Assembly: GCF_009914755.1 (NCBI RefSeq)
Contig: NC_060939.1
DNA from: the human T2T-CHM13v2.0 reference genome, Homo sapiens
Direction: 5' to 3' (one strand)
Length of the DNA stretch: 64,000 nucleotides
Shown here: in pieces, positions 26,125 to 41,700 of the stretch
How the letters are laid out: each line of letters starts with the position of its first letter
Numbering within the stretch: the stretch's first letter is position 1
The notes under the pieces: generated by a model
Told to the model about the DNA's origin: nothing
Database searches by the model: none
What the model saw: the letters and a program-made list of their open reading frames with translations, nothing else
Program-made: the position numbers and the translations under genes

Positions 26125-27933
26125 GGTACCATTCCATATTGTTCCATTCGATTCCATTCGAATCCATTCCATTCCAGTCCATTCCATTCGATTCCATTCC
26201 ATTCATTTCAATTCCATTCCATTCCATTCCATTCCATTCCACTTGATTCCTCTCCATTCCCTTCCACTGCATTCCGTTCGATTCCATTCCATTGCATTGC
26301 ATTCCATTCCATTGGATTGCATTCCATTCGATTCCATTCCATTCGAATCAATTACATAGCAATCCATTACATTCGAGTCTATTCTCTTCCGTTCCATTCG
26401 ATTTCGTTCCAATCCATTCGATTCCATTCCATTCGATTCCATTCCATACTATTGCATTCCATTCGATTACATTATATTCGAATAAGTTCCATTCAAGACC
26501 ATTTCTTTTGAGTCCATTCTATTTGAGTCCATTCCCTTTGATTCCATAACATTTGAGTCCATTCAATTCCATTCCTTTCGTTTCCATTCCATTTGATGCC
26601 ATTCCATTCAATTCTGTTCTACTCGACTCCAATACATTCAATTCCATTCCATCCAATTCCATTACATTCTTTTCATTTCTTATCCATTTCAAGCCATTCC
26701 ACTCCATTCCATTCCACTCGTTTCCTTTCCATTCGAGTCCATTCCTCTCCAGTCCATTCCGTTCAATCCATTCCATTCCAGTCCATTCCATTCGAGTCCG
26801 TTCCATTCCAGTCCATTCCATTCGAGTCAATTCCATTCCATTCGATGTCTTTCCATAACGATCCATTCCATTCTATTCCTTTCGATTCCATTCCATTCTA
26901 TTTCATTCCATTCGATTCCCTTCCATTGGACTCCTTTCCATTCGAGTGCATTCCATTCCGTTCCATTTCTTTCCGTTCTGTACGATTCCTACCGTTCGAT
27001 TTCATTTTGTTCCAGTCCATTCCTTTCGCGTCCATTCCATTCCATTTCACTACATTCGATTCCATTCCATTCGATTCCATTCTACTCGATTCCACTTCGT
27101 TCCATTTCATTGCATTCCATTCTATTCAACTCTATTGCCTTCCATTCCATTCCATTCGAATACATTCCATGCGATTCCATTCGAAATCGAATCAATTACA
27201 TTGCAATCCATTACTATTGAGTCCGTTTTATTCCAGTCCACTGCATTCTGGTCCATTCCATTTGATTCCATTCCATTCTATTCCATTCCATGCAGTTGCA
27301 TTCCATTGGATTCCATGCTATATCTATAAATTCAATTCGAGACCATTGCTTTTGAGTCCATTCTATATGATTCCATTCCATTCAAGTCCATTACATTTGG
27401 TTCAATTCCATTCCATTCCATTCCCTTCCATTCCATTCCAGTTGATATCAATCCATTCGATTCCATTCCTTTCGAGCACATTCCATTCGAGTCCATTCCA
27501 TTCGATGCCATTCCATTTGATTCTATTCCATTAGTCTCCATTCAATTCCATTAATCTCCATTCCATTCCATTCTACTCCAACTGATTCCATTCCATTCTA
27601 TTCCTTTCCATTCCATTTCATTCCATTCCATTCCATTTCATTCCATTCCATTCCATTCGTGTCCATTCCACTCCAGTCCATTCCATTCGTGTCCATTCCA
27701 TTCCAGTCCATTCCATTTGTGTCCACTGCATTCCATTCCACTCCATTCCATATTATTCCATTACACTCCATTCCATTCTATTACTTTCATTTCCATTCAA
27801 TTCCATTCCATTTGATTCCATTCCACTCGGTTTCATTCCATTTGAGTCCACTCCATTCCATTCCATTCCATTCCATTCAGTTCCATTCCATTCTGTTCCA
27901 TTCCATTCCGTTCCATTACATTCCATTCCATTC

Positions 27934-29707
27934 GGTACCATTCCATATTGTTCCATTCGATTCCATTCGAATCCATTCCATTCCAGTCCATTCCATTCGA
28001 TTCCATTCCATTCATTTCAATTCCATTCCATTCCATTCCATTACATTCCACTTGATTCCTCTCCATTCCCTTCCACTGCATTCCGTTCGATTCCATTCCA
28101 TTGCATTGCATTCCATTCCATTGGATTGCATTCCTTTCGATTCCATTCCATTCGAATCAATTACATAGCAATCCATTACATTCGAGTCTATTCTATTCCG
28201 TTCCCTTCGATTTCGTTCCAATCCATTCGATTCCATTCCATTCGATTCCATTCCATACTATTGCATTCCATTCTATTACATTATATTCGAATAAGTTCCA
28301 TTCAAGACCATTTCTTTTGAGTCCATTCTATTTGAGTCCATTCCCTTTGATTCCATAATATTTGAGTCCATTCAATTCCATTCCTTTCGTTTCCATTCCA
28401 TTTGATGCCATTCCATTCAATTCTGTTCTACTCGACTCCAATACATTCAATTCCATTCCATCCGATTCCATTACATTCTTTTCATTTCTTATCCATTTCA
28501 AGCCATTCCACTCCATTCCATTCCACTCGTTTCCTTTCCATTCGAGTCCATTCCTCTCCAGTCCATTCCGTTCAATCCATTCCATTCCAGTCCATTCCAT
28601 TCGAGTCCGTTCCATTCCAGTCCATTCCATTCGAGTCAATTCCATCCCATTCGATGTCTTTCCATAACGATCCATTCCATTCTATTCCTTTCGATTCCAT
28701 TCCATTCTATTTCATTCCATTCGATTCCCTTCCATTGGACTCCTTTCCATTCGAGTGCATTCCATTCCGTTCCATTTCTTTCCGTTCTGTACGATTCCTA
28801 CCGTTCGATTTCATTTTGTTCCAGTCCATTCCTTTCGCGTCCATTCCATTCCATTTCACTCCATTCGATTCCATTCCACTCGATTCCACTTCGTTCCATT
28901 TCATTGCATTCCATTCTATTCAACTCTATTGCCTTCCATTCCATTCCATTCGATTACATTCCATGCGATTCCATTCGAAATCGAATCAATTACATTGCAA
29001 TCCATTACTATTGAGTCCGTTTTATTCCAGTCCACTGCATTCTGGTCCATTCCATTTGATTCCATTCCATTCTATTCCATTCCATACAGTTGCATTCCAT
29101 TGGATTCCATGCTATATCTATAAATTCAATTCGAGACCATTGCTTTTGAGTCCATTCTATATGATTCCATTCCATTCAAGTCCATTACATTTGGTTCAAT
29201 TCCATTCCATTCCATTCCCTTCCATTCCATTCCATTTGATATGAATCCATTCGATTCCATTCCATTCGAGCACATTCCATTCGAGTCCATTCCATTCGAT
29301 GCCATTCCATTTGATTCTATTCCATTAGTCTCCATTCTATTCCATTAATCTCCATTCCATTCCATTCTACTCCAACTGATTCCATTCCATTCTATTCCTT
29401 TCCATTCCATTTCATTCCATTCCATTCCATTCGTGTCCATTCCACTCCAGTCCATTCCATTCGTGTCCATTCCATTCCAGTCCATTCCATTTGTGTCCAC
29501 TGCATTCCATTCCACTCCATTCCATATTATTCCATTACACTCCATTCCATTCTATTACTTTCATTTCCATTCAATTCCATTCCATTTGATTCCATTCCAC
29601 TCGGTTTCATTCCATTTGAGTCCACTCCATTCCATTCCATTCCATTCCATTCAGTTCCATTCCATTCTGTTCCATTCCATTCCGTTCCATTACATTCCAT
29701 TCCATTC
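27934..29707 (+). repeat. 1774-bp unit variant (-20 bp); same deletion in units starting 35090, 42246 and 47608
   Basis: One (CATTT CATTC CATTC CATTC) block is lost upstream of the first GTGTCC. KpnI intervals are 1774, 1774, 1774 and 1759 (the last has an additional -15). Confidence 0.92.
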
Positions 29708-32700
29708 GGTACCATTCCATATTGTTCCATTCGATTCCATTCGAATCCATTCCATTCCAGTCCATTCCATTCGATTCCATTCCATTCATTTCAATTCCAT
29801 TCCATTCCATTCCATTACATTCCACTTGATTCCTCTCCATTCCCTTCCACTGCATTCCGTTCGATTCCATTCCATTGCATTGCATTCCATTCCATTGGAT
29901 TGCATTCCATTCGATTCCATTCCATTCGAATCAATTACATAGCAATCCATTACATTCGAGTCTATTCTCTTCCGTTCCATTCGATTTCGTTCCAATCCAT
30001 TCGATTCCATTCCATTCGATTCCATTCCATACTATTGCATTCCATTCGATTACATTATATTCGAATAAGTTCCATTCAAGACCATTTCTTTTGAGTCCAT
30101 TCTATTTGAGTCCATTCCCTTTGATTCCATAACATTTGAGTCCATTCAATTCCATTCCTTTCGTTTCCATTCCATTTGATGCCATTCCATTCAATTCTGT
30201 TCTACTCGACTCCAATACATTCAATTCCATTCCATCCGATTCCATTACATTCTTTTCATTTCTTATCCATTTCAAGCCATTCCACTCCATTCCATTCCAC
30301 TCGTTTCCTTTCCATTCGAGTCCATTCCTCTCCAGTCCATTCCGTTCAATCCATTCCATTCCAGTCCATTCCATTCGAGTCCGTTCCATTCCAGTCCATT
30401 CCATTCGAGTCAATTCCATTCCATTCGATGTCTTTCCATAACGATCCATTCCATTCTATTCCTTTCGATTCCATTCCATTCTATTTCATTCCATTCGATT
30501 CCCTTCCATTGGACTCCTTTCCATTCGAGTGCATTCCATTCCTTTCCATTTCTTTCCGTTCTGTACGATTCCTACCGTTCGATTTCATTTTGTTCCAGTC
30601 CATTCCTTTCGCGTCCATTCCATTCCATTTCACTCCATTCGATTCCATTCCACTCGATTCCACTTCGTTCCATTTCATTGCATTCCATTCTATTCAACTC
30701 TATTGCCTTCCATTCCATTCCATTCGATTACATTCCATGCGATTCCATTCGAAATCGAATCAATTACATTGCAATCCATTACTATTGAGTCCGTTTTATT
30801 CCAGTCCACTGCATTCTGGTCCATTCCATTTGATTCCATTCCATTCTATTCCATTCCATACAGTTGCATTCCATTGGATTCCATGCTATATCTATAAATT
30901 CAATTCGAGACCATTGCTTTTGAGTCCATTCTATATGATTCCATTCCATTCAAGTCCATTACATTTGGTTCAATTCCATTCCATTCCATTCCCTTCCATT
31001 CCATTCCATTTGATATCAATCCATTCGATTCCATTCCATTCGAGCACATTCCATTCGAGTCCATTCCATTCGATGCCATTCCATTTGATTCTATTCCATT
31101 AGTCTCCATTCAATTCCATTAATCTCCATTCCATTCCATTCTACTCCAACTGATTCCATTCCATTCTATTCCTTTCCATTCCATTTCATTCCATTCCATT
31201 CCATTTCATTCCATTCCATTCCATTCGTGTCCATTCCACTCCAGTCCATTCCATTCGTGTCCATTCCATTCCAGTCCATTCCATTTGTGTCCACTGCATT
31301 CCATTCCACTCCATTCCATATTATTCCATTACACTCCATTCCATTCTATTACTTTCATTTCCATTCAATTCCATTCCATTTGATTCCATTCCACTCGGTT
31401 TCATTCCATTTGAGTCCACTCCATTCCATTCCATTCCATTCCATTCAGTTCCATTCCATTCTGTTCCATTCCATTCCGTTCCATTACATTCCATTCCATT
31501 CGGTACCATTCCATATTGTTCCATTCGATTCCATTCGAATCCATTCCATTCCAGTCCATTCCATTCGATTCCATTCCATTCATTTCAATTCCATTCCATT
31601 CCATTCCATTACATTCCACTTGATTCCTCTCCATTCCCTTCCACTGCATTCCGTTCGATTCCATTCCATTGCATTGCATTCCATTCCATTGGATTGCATT
31701 CCATTCGATTCCATTCCATTCGAATCAATTACATAGCAATCCATTACATTCGAGTCTATTCTCTTCCGTTCCATTCGATTTCGTTCCAATCCATTCGATT
31801 CCATTCCATTCGATTCCATTCCATACTATTGCATTCCATTCGATTACATTATATTCGAATAAGTTCCATTCAAGACCATTTCTTTTGAGTCCATTCTATT
31901 TGAGTCCATTCCCTTTGATTCCATAACATTTGAGTCCATTCAATTCCATTCCTTTCGTTTCCATTCCATTTGATGCCATTCCATTCAATTCTGTTCTACT
32001 CGACTCCAATACATTCAATTCCATTCCATCCGATTCCATTACATTCTTTTCATTTCTTATCCATTTCAAGCCATTCCACTCCATTCCATTCCACTCGTTT
32101 CCTTTCCATTCGAGTCCATTCCTCTCCAGTCCATTCCGTTCAATCCATTCCATTCCAGTCCATTCCATTCGAGTCCGTTCCATTCCAGTCCATTCCATTC
32201 GAGTCAATTCCATTCCATTCGATGTCTTTCCATAACGATCCATTCCATTCTATTCCTTTCGATTCCATTCCATTCTATTTCATTCCATTCGATTCCCTTC
32301 CATTGGACTCCTTTCCATTCGAGTGCATTCCATTCCGTTCCATTTCTTTCCGTTCTGTACGATTCCTACCGTTCGATTTCATTTTGTTCCAGTCCATTCC
32401 TTTCGCGTCCATTCCATTCCATTTCACTCCATTCGATTCCATTCCACTCGATTCCACTTCGTTCCATTTCATTGCATTCCATTCTATTCAACTCTATTGC
32501 CTTCCATTCCATTCCATTCGATTACATTCCATGCGATTCCATTCGAAATCGAATCAATTACATTGCAATCCATTACTATTGAGTCCGTTTTATTCCAGTC
32601 CACTGCATTCTGGTCCATTCCATTTGATTCCATTCCATTCTATTCCATTCCATACAGTTGCATTCCATTGGATTCCATGCTATATCTATAAATTCAATTC

Positions 32701-35700
32701 GAGACCATTGCTTTTGAGTCCATTCTATATGATTCCATTCCATTCAAGTCCATTACATTTGGTTCAATTCCATTCCATTCCATTCCCTTCCATTCCATTC
32801 CATTTGATATCAATCCATTCGATTCCATTCCATTCGAGCACATTCCATTCGAGTCCATTCCATTCGATGCCATTCCATTTGATTCTATTCCATTAGTCTC
32901 CATTCAATTCCATTAATCTCCATTCCATTCCATTCTACTCCAACTGATTCCATTCCATTCTATTCCTTTCCATTCCATTTCATTCCATTCCATTCCATTT
33001 CATTCCATTCCATTCCATTCGTGTCCATTCCACTCCAGTCCATTCCATTCGTGTCCATTCCATTCCAGTCCATTCCATTTGTGTCCACTGCATTCCATTC
33101 CACTCCATTCCATATTATTCCATTACACTCCATTCCATTCTATTACTTTCATTTCCATTCAATTCCATTCCATTTGATTCCATTCCACTCGGTTTCATTC
33201 CATTTGAGTCCACTCCATTCCATTCCATTCCATTCCATTCAGTTCCATTCCATTCTGTTCCATTCCATTCCGTTCCATTACATTCCATTCCATTCGGTAC
33301 CATTCCATATTGTTCCATTCGATTCCATTCGAATCCATTCCATTCCAGTCCATTCCATTCGATTCCATTCCATTCATTTCAATTCCATTCCATTCCATTC
33401 CATTACATTCCACTTGATTCCTCTCCATTCCCTTCCACTGCATTCCGTTCGATTCCATTCCATTACATTGCATTCCATTCCATTGGATTGCATTCCTTTC
33501 GATTCCATTCCATTCGAATCAATTACATAGCAATCCATTACATTCGAGTCTATTCTCTTCCGTTCCATTCGATTTCGTTCCAATCCATTCGATTCCATTC
33601 CATTCGATTCCATTCCATACTATTGCATTCCATTCTATTACATTATATTCGAATAAGTTCCATTCAAGACCATTTCTTTTGAGTCCATTCTATTTGAGTC
33701 CATTCCCTTTGATTCCATAATATTTGAGTCCATTCAATTCCATTCCTTTCGTTTCCATTCCATTTGATGCCATTCCATTCAATTCTGTTCTACTCGACTC
33801 CAATACATTCAATTCCATTCCATCCGATTCCATTACATTCTTTTCATTTCTTATCCATTTCAAGCCATTCCACTCCATTCCATTCCACTCGTTTCCTTTC
33901 CATTCGAGTCCATTCCTCTCCAGTCCATTCCGTTCAATCCATTCCATTCCAGTCCATTCCATTCGAGTCCGTTCCATTCCAGTCCATTCCATTCGAGTCA
34001 ATTCCATCCCATTCGATGTCTTTCCATAACGATCCATTCCATTCTATTCCTTTCGATTCCATTCCATTCTATTTCATTCCATTCGATTCCCTTCCATTGG
34101 ACTCCTTTCCATTCGAGTGCATTCCATTCCGTTCCATTTCTTTCCGTTCTGTACGATTCCTACCGTTCGATTTCATTTTGTTCCAGTCCATTCCTTTCGC
34201 GTCCATTCCATTCCATTTCACTCCATTCGATTCCATTCCACTCGATTCCACTTCGTTCCATTTCATTGCATTCCATTCTATTCAACTCTATTGCCTTCCA
34301 TTCCATTCCATTCGATTACATTCCATGCGATTCCATTCGAAATCGAATCAATTACATTGCAATCCATTACTATTGAGTCCGTTTTATTCCAGTCCACTGC
34401 ATTCTGGTCCATTCCATTTGATTCCATTCCATTCTATTCCATTCCATACAGTTGCATTCCATTGGATTCCATGCTATATCTATAAATTCAATTCGAGACC
34501 ATTGCTTTTGAGTCCATTCTATATGATTCCATTCCATTCAAGTCCATTACATTTGGTTCAATTCCATTCCATTCCATTCCCTTCCATTCCATTCCATTTG
34601 ATATCAATCCATTCGATTCCATTCCATTCGAGCACATTCCATTCGAGTCCATTCCATTCGATGCCATTCCATTTGATTCTATTCCATTAGTCTCCATTCA
34701 ATTCCATTAATCTCCATTCCATTCCATTCTACTCCAACTGATTCCATTCCATTCTATTCCTTTCCATTCCATTTCATTCCATTCCATTCCATTTCATTCC
34801 ATTCCATTCCATTCGTGTCCATTCCACTCCAGTCCATTCCATTCGTGTCCATTCCATTCCAGTCCATTCCATTTGTGTCCACTGCATTCCATTCCACTCC
34901 ATTCCATATTATTCCATTACACTCCATTCCATTCTATTACTTTCATTTCCATTCAATTCCATTCCATTTGATTCCATTCCACTCGGTTTCATTCCATTTG
35001 AGTCCACTCCATTCCATTCCATTCCATTCCATTCAGTTCCATTCCATTCTGTTCCATTCCATTCCGTTCCATTACATTCCATTCCATTCGGTACCATTCC
35101 ATATTGTTCCATTCGATTCCATTCGAATCCATTCCATTCCAGTCCATTCCATTCGATTCCATTCCATTCATTTCAATTCCATTCCATTCCATTCCATTAC
35201 ATTCCACTTGATTCCTCTCCATTCCCTTCCACTGCATTCCGTTCGATTCCATTCCATTGCATTGCATTCCATTCCATTGGATTGCATTCCTTTCGATTCC
35301 ATTCCATTCGAATCAATTACATAGCAATCCATTACATTCGAGTCTATTCTCTTCCGTTCCATTCGATTTCGTTCCAATCCATTCGATTCCATTCCATTCG
35401 ATTCCATTCCATACTATTGCATTCCATTCTATTACATTATATTCGAATAAGTTCCATTCAAGACCATTTCTTTTGAGTCCATTCTATTTGAGTCCATTCC
35501 CTTTGATTCCATAATATTTGAGTCCATTCAATTCCATTCCTTTCGTTTCCATTCCATTTGATGCCATTCCATTCAATTCTGTTCTACTCGACTCCAATAC
35601 ATTCAATTCCATTCCATCCGATTCCATTACATTCTTTTCATTTCTTATCCATTTCAAGCCATTCCACTCCATTCCATTCCACTCGTTTCCTTTCCATTCG

Positions 35701-38700
35701 AGTCCATTCCTCTCCAGTCCATTCCGTTCAATCCATTCCATTCCAGTCCATTCCATTCGAGTCCGTTCCATTCCAGTCCATTCCATTCGAGTCAATTCCA
35801 TCCCATTCGATGTCTTTCCATAACGATCCATTCCATTCTATTCCTTTCGATTCCATTCCATTCTATTTCATTCCATTCGATTCCCTTCCATTGGACTCCT
35901 TTCCATTCGAGTGCATTCCATTCCGTTCCATTTCTTTCCGTTCTGTACGATTCCTACCGTTCGATTTCATTTTGTTCCAGTCCATTCCTTTCGCGTCCAT
36001 TCCATTCCATTTCACTCCATTCGATTCCATTCCACTCGATTCCACTTCGTTCCATTTCATTGCATTCCATTCTATTCAACTCTATTGCCTTCCATTCCAT
36101 TCCATTCGATTACATTCCATGCGATTCCATTCGAAATCGAATCAATTACATTGCAATCCATTACTATTGAGTCCGTTTTATTCCAGTCCACTGCATTCTG
36201 GTCCATTCCATTTGATTCCATTCCATTCTATTCCATTCCATACAGTTGCATTCCATTGGATTCCATGCTATATCTATAAATTCAATTCGAGACCATTGCT
36301 TTTGAGTCCATTCTATATGATTCCATTCCATTCAAGTCCATTACATTTGGTTCAATTCCATTCCATTCCATTCCCTTCCATTCCATTCCATTTGATATGA
36401 ATCCATTCGATTCCATTCCATTCGAGCACATTCCATTCGAGTCCATTCCATTCGATGCCATTCCATTTGATTCTATTCCATTAGTCTCCATTCAATTCCA
36501 TTAATCTCCATTCCATTCCATTCTACTCCATCTGATTCCATTCCATTCTATTCCTTTCCATTCCATTTCATTCCATTCCATTCCATTCGTGTCCATTCCA
36601 CTCCAGTCCATTCCATTCGTGTCCATTCCATTCCAGTCCTTTCCATTTGTGTCCACTGCATTCCATTCCACTCCATTCCATATTATTCCATTACACTCCA
36701 TTCCATTCTATTACTTTCATTTCCATTCAATTCCATTCCATTTGATTCCATTCCACTCGGTTTCATTCCATTTGAGTCCACTCCATTCCATTCCATTCCA
36801 TTCCATTCAGTTCCATTCCATTCTGTTCCATTCCATTCCGTTCCATTACATTCCATTCCATTCGGTACCATTCCATATTGTTCCATTCGATTCCATTCGA
36901 ATCCATTCCATTCCAGTCCATTCCATTCGATTCCATTCCATTCATTTCAATTCCATTCCATTCCATTCCATTCCATTCCACTTGATTCCTCTCCATTCCC
37001 TTCCACTGCATTCCGTTCGATTCCATTCCATTGCATTGCATTCCATTCCATTGGATTGCATTCCATTCGATTCCATTCCATTCGAATCAATTACATAGCA
37101 ATCCATTACATTCGAGTCTATTCTCTTCCGTTCCATTCGATTTCATTCCAATCCATTCGATTCCATTCCATTCGATTCCATTCCATACTATTGCATTCCA
37201 TTCGATTACATTATATTCGAATAAGTTCCATTCAAGACCATTTCTTTTGAGTCCATTCTATTTGAGTCCATTCCCTTTGATTCCATAACATTTGAGTCCA
37301 TTCAATTCCATTCCTTTCGTTTCCATTCCATTTGATGCCATTCCATTCAATTCTGTTCTACTCGACTCCAATACATTCAATTCCATTCCATCCGATTCCA
37401 TTACATTCTTTTCATTTCTTATCCATTTCAAGCCATTCCACTCCATTCCATTCCACTCGTTTCCTTTCCATTCGAGTCCATTCCTCTCCAGTCCATTCCG
37501 TTCAATCCATTCCATTCCAGTCCATTCCATTCGAGTCCGTTCCATTCCAGTCCATTCCATTCGAGTCAATTCCATTCCATTCGATGTCTTTCCATAACGA
37601 TCCATTCCATTCTATTCCTTTCGATTCCATTCCATTCTATTTCATTCCATTCGATTCCCTTCCATTGGACTCCTTTCCATTCGAGTGCATTCCATTCCTT
37701 TCCATTTCTTTCCGTTCTGTACGATTCCTACCGTTCGATTTCATTTTGTTCCAGTCCATTCCTTTCGCGTCCATTCCATTCCATTTCACTCCATTCGATT
37801 CCATTCCACTCGATTCCACTTCGTTCCATTTCATTGCATTCCATTCTATTCAACTCTATTGCCTTCCATTCCATTCCATTCGATTACATTCCATGCGATT
37901 CCATTCGAAATCGAATCAATTACATTGCAATCCATTACTATTGAGTCCGTTTTATTCCAGTCCACTGCATTCTGGTCCATTCCATTTGATTCCATTCCAT
38001 TCTATTCCATTCCATACAGTTGCATTCCATTGGATTCCATGCTATATCTATAAATTCAATTCGAGACCATTGCTTTTGAGTCCATTCTATATGATTCCAT
38101 TCCATTCAAGTCCATTACATTTGGTTCAATTCCATTCCATTCCATTCCCTTCCATTCCATTCCATTTGATATCAATCCATTCGATTCCATTCCATTCGAG
38201 CACATTCCATTCGAGTCCATTCCATTCGATGCCATTCCATTTGATTCTATTCCATTAGTCTCCATTCAATTCCATTAATCTCCATTCCATTCCATTCTAC
38301 TCCAACTGATTCCATTCCATTCTATTCCTTTCCATTCCATTTCATTCCATTCCATTCCATTTCATTCCATTCCATTCCATTCGTGTCCATTCCACTCCAG
38401 TCCATTCCATTCGTGTCCATTCCATTCCAGTCCATTCCATTTGTGTCCACTGCATTCCATTCCACTCCATTCCATATTATTCCATTCCACTCCATTCCAT
38501 TCTATTACTTTCATTTCCATTCAATTCCATTCCATTTGATTCCATTCCACTCGGTTTCATTCCATTTGAGTCCACTCCATTCCATTCCATTCCATTCCAT
38601 TCAGTTCCATTCCATTCTGTTCCATTCCATTCCGTTCCATTACATTCCATTCCATTCGGTACCATTCCATATTGTTCCATTCGATTCCATTCGAATCCAT

Positions 38701-41700
38701 TCCATTCCAGTCCATTCCATTCGATTCCATTCCATTCATTTCAATTCCATTCCATTCCATTCCATTACATTCCACTTGATTCCTCTCCATTCCCTTCCAC
38801 TGCATTCCGTTCGATTCCATTCCATTGCATTGCATTCCATTCCATTGGATTGCATTCCATTCGATTCCATTCCATTCGAATCAATTACATAGCAATCCAT
38901 TACATTCGAGTCTATTCTCTTCCGTTCCATTCGATTTCGTTCCAATCCATTCGATTCCATTCCATTCGATTCCATTCCATACTATTGCATTCCATTCGAT
39001 TACATTATATTCGAATAAGTTCCATTCAAGACCATTTCTTTTGAGTCCATTCTATTTGAGTCCATTCCCTTTGATTCCATAACATTTGAGTCCATTCAAT
39101 TCCATTCCTTTCGTTTCCATTCCATTTGATGCCATTCCATTCAATTCTGTTCTACTCGACTCCAATACATTCAATTCCATTCCATCCGATTCCATTACAT
39201 TCTTTTCATTTCTTATCCATTTCAAGCCATTCCACTCCATTCCATTCCACTCGTTTCCTTTCCATTCGAGTCCATTCCTCTCCAGTCCATTCCGTTCAAT
39301 CCATTCCATTCCAGTCCATTCCATTCGAGTCCGTTCCATTCCAGTCCATTCCATTCGAGTCAATTCCATTCCATTCGATGTCTTTCCATAACGATCCATT
39401 CCATTCTATTCCTTTCGATTCCATTCCATTCTATTTCATTCCATTCGATTCCCTTCCATTGGACTCCTTTCCATTCGAGTGCATTCCATTCCGTTCCATT
39501 TCTTTCCGTTCTGTACGATTCCTACCGTTCGATTTCATTTTGTTCCAGTCCATTCCTTTCGCGTCCATTCCATTCCATTTCACTCCATTCGATTCCATTC
39601 CACTCGATTCCACTTCGTTCCATTTCATTGCATTCCATTCTATTCAACTCTATTGCCTTCCATTCCATTCCATTCGATTACATTCCATGCGATTCCATTC
39701 GAAATCGAATCAATTACATTGCAATCCATTACTATTGAGTCCGTTTTATTCCAGTCCACTGCATTCTGGTCCATTCCATTTGATTCCATTCCATTCTATT
39801 CCATTCCATACAGTTGCATTCCATTGGATTCCATGCTATATCTATAAATTCAATTCGAGACCATTGCTTTTGAGTCCATTCTATATGATTCCATTCCATT
39901 CAAGTCCATTACATTTGGTTCAATTCCATTCCATTCCATTCCCTTCCATTCCATTCCATTTGATATCAATCCATTCGATTCCATTCCATTCGAGCACATT
40001 CCATTCGAGTCCATTCCATTCGATGCCATTCCATTTGATTCTATTCCATTAGTCTCCATTCAATTCCATTAATCTCCATTCCATTCCATTCTACTCCAAC
40101 TGATTCCATTCCATTCTATTCCTTTCCATTCCATTTCATTCCATTCCATTCCATTTCATTCCATTCCATTCCATTCGTGTCCATTCCACTCCAGTCCATT
40201 CCATTCGTGTCCATTCCATTCCAGTCCATTCCATTTGTGTCCACTGCATTCCATTCCACTCCATTCCATATTATTCCATTACACTCCATTCCATTCTATT
40301 ACTTTCATTTCCACTCAATTCCATTCCATTTGATTCCATTCCACTCGGTTTCATTCCATTTGAGTCCACTCCATTCCATTCCATTCCATTCCATTCAGTT
40401 CCATTCCATTCTGTTCCATTCCATTCCGTTCCATTACATTCCATTCCATTCGGTACCATTCCATATTGTTCCATTCGATTCCATTCGAATCCATTCCATT
40501 CCAGTCCATTCCATTCGATTCCATTCCATTCATTTCAATTCCATTCCATTCCATTCCATTACATTCCACTTGATTCCTCTCCATTCCCTTCCACTGCATT
40601 CCGTTCGATTCCATTCCATTGCATTGCATTCCATTCCATTGGATTGCATTCCATTCGATTCCATTCCATTCGAATCAATTACATAGCAATCCATTACATT
40701 CGAGTCTATTCTCTTCCGTTCCATTCGATTTCGTTCCAATCCATTCGATTCCATTCCATTCGATTCCATTCCATACTATTGCATTCCATTCGATTACATT
40801 ATATTCGAATAAGTTCCATTCAAGACCATTTCTTTTGAGTCCATTCTATTTGAGTCCATTCCCTTTGATTCCATAACATTTGAGTCCATTCAATTCCATT
40901 CCTTTCGTTTCCATTCCATTTGATGCCATTCCATTCAATTCTGTTCTACTCGACTCCAATACATTCAATTCCATTCCATCCGATTCCATTACATTCTTTT
41001 CATTTCTTATCCATTTCAAGCCATTCCACTCCATTCCATTCCACTCGTTTCCTTTCCATTCGAGTCCATTCCTCTCCAGTCCATTCCGTTCAATCCATTC
41101 CATTCCAGTCCATTCCATTCGAGTCCGTTCCATTCCAGTCCATTCCATTCGAGTCAATTCCATTCCATTCGATGTCTTTCCATAACGATCCATTCCATTC
41201 TATTCCTTTCGATTCCATTCCATTCTATTTCATTCCATTCGATTCCCTTCCATTGGACTCCTTTCCATTCGAGTGCATTCCATTCCGTTCCATTTCTTTC
41301 CGTTCTGTACGATTCCTACCGTTCGATTTCATTTTGTTCCAGTCCATTCCTTTCGCGTCCATTCCATTCCATTTCACTCCATTCGATTCCATTCCACTCG
41401 ATTCCACTTCGTTCCATTTCATTGCATTCCATTCTATTCAACTCTATTGCCTTCCATTCCATTCCATTCGATTACATTCCATGCGATTCCATTCGAAATC
41501 GAATCAATTACATTGCAATCCATTACTATTGAGTCCGTTTTATTCCAGTCCACTGCATTCTGGTCCATTCCATTTGATTCCATTCCATTCTATTCCATTC
41601 CATACAGTTGCATTCCATTGGATTCCATGCTATATCTATAAATTCAATTCGAGACCATTGCTTTTGAGTCCATTCTATATGATTCCATTCCATTCAAGTC

